Assembly: GCA_965223005.1 (NCBI GenBank)
Contig: CBDCVK010000010.1
Coordinates: forward strand, 800,001 to 864,000
DNA from: Terriglobia bacterium
GTDB taxonomy: Bacteria; Acidobacteriota; Terriglobia; JAJPHL01; JAPKYU01
Direction of reading: 5' to 3'
DNA: 64,000 nt
Positions 59,238 through 64,000 of this stretch are shown here, in pieces. Both the position numbers and the translations under genes were made by a program. Within the stretch, counting starts at the first letter, position 1. Every line of letters begins with the position of its first letter. A model generated the notes under the pieces. The model searched no databases and was not told the DNA's origin. It was given only the letters and a program-made list of their open reading frames with translations.

Positions 59238-62213
59238 GCGGCCTGAATTCCCCAGCCGCACGGGGCCTGGGTCAGGAGCAAGCGGGTCAACAAAGCGCGT
59301 GGTGTCCAGCAGGATCACGCCGCCAGGGGCTGGCTGAGGTTGGGCCAGTCGGGCCTGGCCACCCAGGAAATCCGCCCGTGGCAGGAGCAGTGGACCGGCG
59401 TCCGGGGTGAACCCCCGCGACCGCGCTACCACCGTCAGTGGAAAGCCGGTGCGGAAACCGGCAATGCCGGCCAACTGCCAACCGGAGAGCACCGCTTTAG
59501 CCCAGCCGGTCCGGTGTAGCCGGGGAATCTGCCACAGCAGGTTGACAACCAGGTTGTGACGCTGGTCAAAGTCGGCGTCGCCGCGGTCGCCGGAGGCGTC
59601 GAACTGGCGCTGAAAGCCGCGCTCTGGACGTGACCCCAGCAGTGGATCTCCCTGGTTGTCGATCGCATGGCTCCAGGTATGGGATACCTGGAACTGCAAG
59701 CCGCGGCTGAAGCGCCGCAGTACGCTCGTTTCGAGGGCCAGGAAATTCGAATTTCCCTGGTTGGTGAATGCCTGCACCTCGAACACGCTCGGATTTTCCA
59801 ACCCTCGGTTGAGGATGTCGCCCGCAATTAGTTTGCGCCCCAGCGAGCCGGTACCATTTACCTCAAGAAGCATGTTGCGGGTGAGGGCGTGTTGTACGCC
59901 TGCAAACCAAGTCTGCACATAGGGAGTGCGCAGGCCGTCCTCCACGGCAAAGGCCTTCCCGCGGGGAATGCTGGCCGGCCCGCCGGGCAGGGCCTCCGAG
60001 GCCGGCGAGGTGTAGCGAAAGCCTGAGTCAAGGAAGACCTGCCGGAAGTTGTTCTGACGCAAAGGATCCCATACCAGGTTGAAGATGCGGTCGTAGTAAA
60101 TCCCGTAGCCACCGCGAAACACTGTTCGGCTGTTGCCGAACACATCGAAGGCGAAGCCGAAGCGGGGGGCAAAGTTGTTGTGGTCCTTGCGGTAGAGGAG
60201 GCCGCGAAGATCACCTGGGTTGTCGGGCGTGCGCCGCAGTGAGCCGGCGGCGACGCGTTCGAAGGGCGTCGCTCCGTCACCCAGGTAAAAATTCACATCT
60301 TCGGACTGGCGCGTGTTGTGCGGCACCCCGAAATATTCGTAGCGCAGGCCCAGGTTCAAGGTGAGCCGGCGTGACACACGCCAGTTGTCCTGGAGGAACA
60401 CGGCGAACTCAGTCTGGCGGTAGTGGCGCATGTAGTCGGGGGCACGGTAGCGGTCCGTGGAGAAGCGGTCCACGGTGGTGATGAGTCTATCCGGGCGGTC
60501 GGCGGCAAACGCTGCTAAGTCGGGAAATCCGAAGAGGCCAATGCGCAACGGGGCTAGCAGGCTGGAACTGATGGTTCGCCGGTATTCGCCCCCAGCTACC
60601 AGGTGGTGCCGGGCCAGCAGCACGCTGAAGTTCTCCACGAAGTGCAGCACGTTGTCCGTGTAGCTTTGTTCAGTCTGAGCAGCAACATTTCCGGGAAGGT
60701 GTGTCCCGTCGTCGGAAGACAATTCTGGAACACCGGGCGCCGGAGGCACAAACTCATTGCGGTTGCGGTTCAGCCCAAACTTGGCCTCGTTGACCACTCC
60801 CGGCCCAAGCCGGTGGACGTATCCCACGGCCAGGTTCCGCGAGGCGGTGGTGAAGGGCACACCGAGGTCCTGGTAGGGGCTGAAGGTGACATTGTTGAAA
60901 GTTTGGTCAAAGGAACCGAAACGGACAAACAGGCGGTCGCGGTCCGGCCGAAGATCGAAGTCCGCGCGTGCGGAGCCCGAAATCGTGTTGATCGGAATGT
61001 GGGGAAAAATGACACCTTCGATTCGGTCGCTATCGACCGTTTGGATCTGCGAGAGCGGCAGCAGCGGGTAACGTTCCAGCAGGTCACGGGCAATGGGACC
61101 AGTCACGCCTGCAAGGAATGCCGGCTGGGGCACGGTCACCGTCTGCGGAGCAGCCACCGTGCTAGCTCGCAGCGCCTCCAAGGCCGTAAACAGAAAAACG
61201 CGGTCGCGCACCAGCGGCCCGCCCAGCGTGTAGCCAAATTGGTGTTCCTTAAATGGAGGCCGCTCCCGGGAGTTCGCATTGTCCTGGAAGCTGTTGGCGT
61301 TGAGCTTCTCGTTGATCAGAAACTCAAACAGACTGCCGTGCCAACTGTTGGCCCCGGCGCGGGTAATCACGTTGGCCACAAACGCGCCCCGACCGTACTC
61401 CGCCGAGAAGTTGTTCGTGGCCAGGCGGTACTCGTCAATGGCGTCGGGCGAGAGCAGCGTGGGCGGGAATGTGTTCTGCACGTTGTTGTTGTCCACACCG
61501 TCCAGCAGATAGTTGGAGGAGGAGACGCGAAACCCGTTCACCGAGAAGCCCAGGCCTCGTTGGGTAGCGTTGTCGGAAGTGACGCCGGGCAGCAGCACGA
61601 ACAGCGTATAGATATCCCGCCCCGCCAGCGGCAGGTCGCGGATGCGCCGCCTGTCAATCACCCACGAGACAGTCGTTGATGTAGCATCAGTGAGCGGTGG
61701 AGGCCGGTCATCGACCACGCCCAGCTTGGCCTGCGCATCGGGACCGTAGATCAGCGCCACGCCGCCGCGTGCGAGGGCCTCTGGTTCGACCGCCGAGAGC
61801 GTCTTCTCCAGGTCGGGCGCCAGGGTTTCGAGCTGGAAGTCGGCTACCGCACGTTGCGCCACATGCAGCTCGACATCGCGCCGCTCGACGGGCCGGTAAC
61901 CCACAGCCTGAACGCGCAGCAGATAGCGCCCGCGCGGTAGGAATTGCAGGACATACTGTCCTTGGGTATTGGTGACGGCCGAGGTGACCGCACCAGTCTC
62001 TTGGTTCTCCGCAAAGACGCGCACCCCATCCAATGGCTGACCCTGCGCGTTTCGGACTTCGCCGCCCAGCGTGGCCTGCGCCGTCTGAGCCGCGGCGGGC
62101 AGTGCCGTGAGCCAGGCGACACACCACACAATGACCGGTAACCATTGATAGTTGCTATACTTGCGCAACGCCCAGGTCTCCGGAAAGGAGAACGCTCCTG
62201 TTACCCCAAGCAT
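59208..62213 (-). pseudogene. Oar-like TonB-dependent receptor (carboxypeptidase-regulatory N-domain), C-terminally truncated
   Basis: LPLAGRD, NYLLDGVDN, FSAEYGR, QFGYTLGGP, LTLNLGLRYEY, NNFAPRFGFA. It ends at LGNSGR without the final barrel strands and terminal Phe. Confidence 0.8.
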
Positions 62214-62305
62214 ATCTTCAGTTTTAGCCTTTGGTACTGGGCCCTCTCCCCTCTACAAAATGAACCAGCGTGGGCCGACTCAGTGACCCGGGCTACGATG
62301 TGGCT

Positions 62306-64000
62306 CTACTCCTTTGCCGCCGCCTTGCGAGCCTTTTCCTCCAGGGCAGCGCGCGAGGAGGCGTCGGTCGCCAGCGCGGCAGCGTGGCGGTATTGAGCGA
62401 CGGCATCTCGTGAGCGCTGCATTTCCAGGTACAGGTCGCCCAACGCGACTCGGATGAGGGCGAGGTCCGCCTTTCTCAAAGCTTCCAGCAACTCACGCTC
62501 TGCCCGCCGCGGGCGACCCTGGTCGCGGTAGAGGCGTGCCAGGTTTAAGCGGGCCGGGACATCACGTGGGTGAAAGCCCAAGGCGCGGCGGTACTCGGTT
62601 TCGGCCTCGCGGTCGCGCTCCCGGCTGCGAAAGAAGTTCCCCAGCATGTTGTGCCCCGCCGCAGCGTCCAAATCAAGTTCTAGCGCTTTGCGGTATTCCT
62701 GCTCGGCGCGCGCCGGCTGATTGATCTTCATATACAACCCGGCCAGGCTGTAGTGCAGGTAAGCGTAGCGCGGCCCGAGTTCAATGGCGCGCCAATAGGC
62801 TTGCTCGGCCCGAGAAAACTGCCCCATGGCCGTGTACGCCAGGGCCATATTGAAGTGCGGATAGGCCCAGCGCGGCGCCCGCTCGCCAGCCGCCTCGAAC
62901 TGTCGTAGCGCTTCGCGATACTGGCGCTGTTGAAGCCAGCCAATACCCAGGGCGTTGTAAGAATAGGCGCCGCGGGATTCTAACTTGATGGCTTCCTCCA
63001 GTAACGTTCGTCCTTGTGCATAATCTCGCCGATAAATGTGCGCTCGACCTGCGCAAAACGCCCGGCGGGCTCGTAGTGGGTCAGGCGCTGGGCTCAATTC
63101 TGCGGCGGCTGCATACAGTTTGGCGCAACGGTTGAAGTCTTCTGCACCTAACGGGACTGCGTCACCCTTCAAGTAAGCCAGCAGGACCTGCTGGCCTTCG
63201 TCTTCCAGCGCGGCCTGGAGTAGTTCGGCAGCATCCCGAAGTTGATCGGGAGGAACTTCGGTATCCTTCATGCGTCGCAAGAGCCCGAGCGCGTCCCCGG
63301 GTGGTTCCAGCAGGCGACGGCGAGCCAGCGCGTCCCGAAACTGCTTCATCAGTTCAAAAGTTCCGGGAACGGCTAGTCCCCTCGTCTTTGTAGGACGCAC
63401 CCACAGGCCCGTGCCGTTGAACTGCACCTCCGTGGGATCGGCCGAGACCTGGACTTCCTGCACCACCCGCAGGCCGCGCGGGGTAACCGCCATTAGCTTG
63501 TGATTGTCCGCAGTTAGTTGGTCTACAGCCAACTGCCCTGTTGGCGGAACCAAGCCTCGGGGAACGCCGTCCACGTATACTTCCGTATTGGGAAGACCAC
63601 TAAACAGTAGGGTGGCCAACATGGGGCGGGACTCGGTGGCAAAACCAAGATCGACGCGTTGTTCCCCCGTCAGGGCAAGCACAACGTCGGTGGGTGGGGT
63701 GCCCAGTTCTCGGGGGTGTTGCAATTCCTGCGTGGCCTTGGGTACTTCGGTTTTGACGTATCTTGCTGCTTCGCTGAATCCCACAGACCCGTTCTTGTCT
63801 CGGTCGGCTTCGCCTTGTAAGCCCCGCAGCAGGTAGTAGGTAAAGGCACCGTGTCCGCCACCAAACATCCGACCTTCTGCCGAAGATTCGTTCGGCGCAC
63901 TGGCCAGTAGACCGAAGATGTCAACGCCCTTTATTTCAGCCATCTTTGCTTGAAAAGCGTTCGATTCAGCCAGCTTACCTGCGCGGCACGTGTCGACCAG
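62306..64000 (-). CDS. Caspase-like (peptidase C14) + TPR protein; 5' part is beyond the window
   Basis: The frame is open to 64000 and reads LVDTCRAG (catalytic Cys codon 63986-63988), GGGHGAFTYYLLRGL.GEAD; multiple C-terminal TPRs. Confidence 0.88.
   Translation of the reverse strand: MVDTCRAGKLAESNAFQAKMAEIKGVDIFGLLASAPNESSAEGRMFGGGHGAFTYYLLRGLQGEADRDKNGSVGFSEAARYVKTEVPKATQELQHPRELGTPPTDVVLALTGEQRVDLGFATESRPMLATLLFSGLPNTEVYVDGVPRGLVPPTGQLAVDQLTADNHKLMAVTPRGLRVVQEVQVSADPTEVQFNGTGLWVRPTKTRGLAVPGTFELMKQFRDALARRRLLEPPGDALGLLRRMKDTEVPPDQLRDAAELLQAALEDEGQQVLLAYLKGDAVPLGAEDFNRCAKLYAAAAELSPAPDPLRARRAFCAGRAHIYRRDYAQGRTLLEEAIKLESRGAYSYNALGIGWLQQRQYREALRQFEAAGERAPRWAYPHFNMALAYTAMGQFSRAEQAYWRAIELGPRYAYLHYSLAGLYMKINQPARAEQEYRKALELDLDAAAGHNMLGNFFRSRERDREAETEYRRALGFHPRDVPARLNLARLYRDQGRPRRAERELLEALRKADLALIRVALGDLYLEMQRSRDAVAQYRHAAALATDASSRAALEEKARKAAAKE

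Overview
This 64-kb window is GC-rich bacterial chromosome, most likely from Acidobacteriota (Terriglobia/Bryobacterales-like). That placement rests on three TIGR03437-type domains, an acidobacterial VWA protein, an Oar-like TonB receptor and a DUF1501/DUF1553 pair. Positions 1-14.2 kb are accessory DNA stacked at the 3' end of tRNA-fMet: a sugar ABC operon, an IS3 element without target duplication, a large serine recombinase missing its N-terminus and ending in a 45-bp tRNA copy, and a 6.6-kb segment between direct repeats. That segment holds a HlyC/CorC gene, a collapsed integron integrase and the DUF1501/DUF1553 pair. The middle is mostly housekeeping (cobA-hemD, trpS, truB, lptD, E2/lipB/lpdA, bioY) but includes two apparent pseudo-enzymes, GlpX and CtpA, with substituted catalytic residues. 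It also has a REC-PilZ-coiled-coil gene split by one TAG, several frameshift or deletion scars, many short tandem duplications at gene boundaries and a ~220-nt candidate structured RNA. The right end has a 22-bp palindromic array before tRNA-Arg(CCT), followed by a rearranged region (AhpD fragment, TIGR03437 fragment, truncated TonB receptor, caspase-TPR protein). All family calls come from recognising motifs by eye; no database searches were run.
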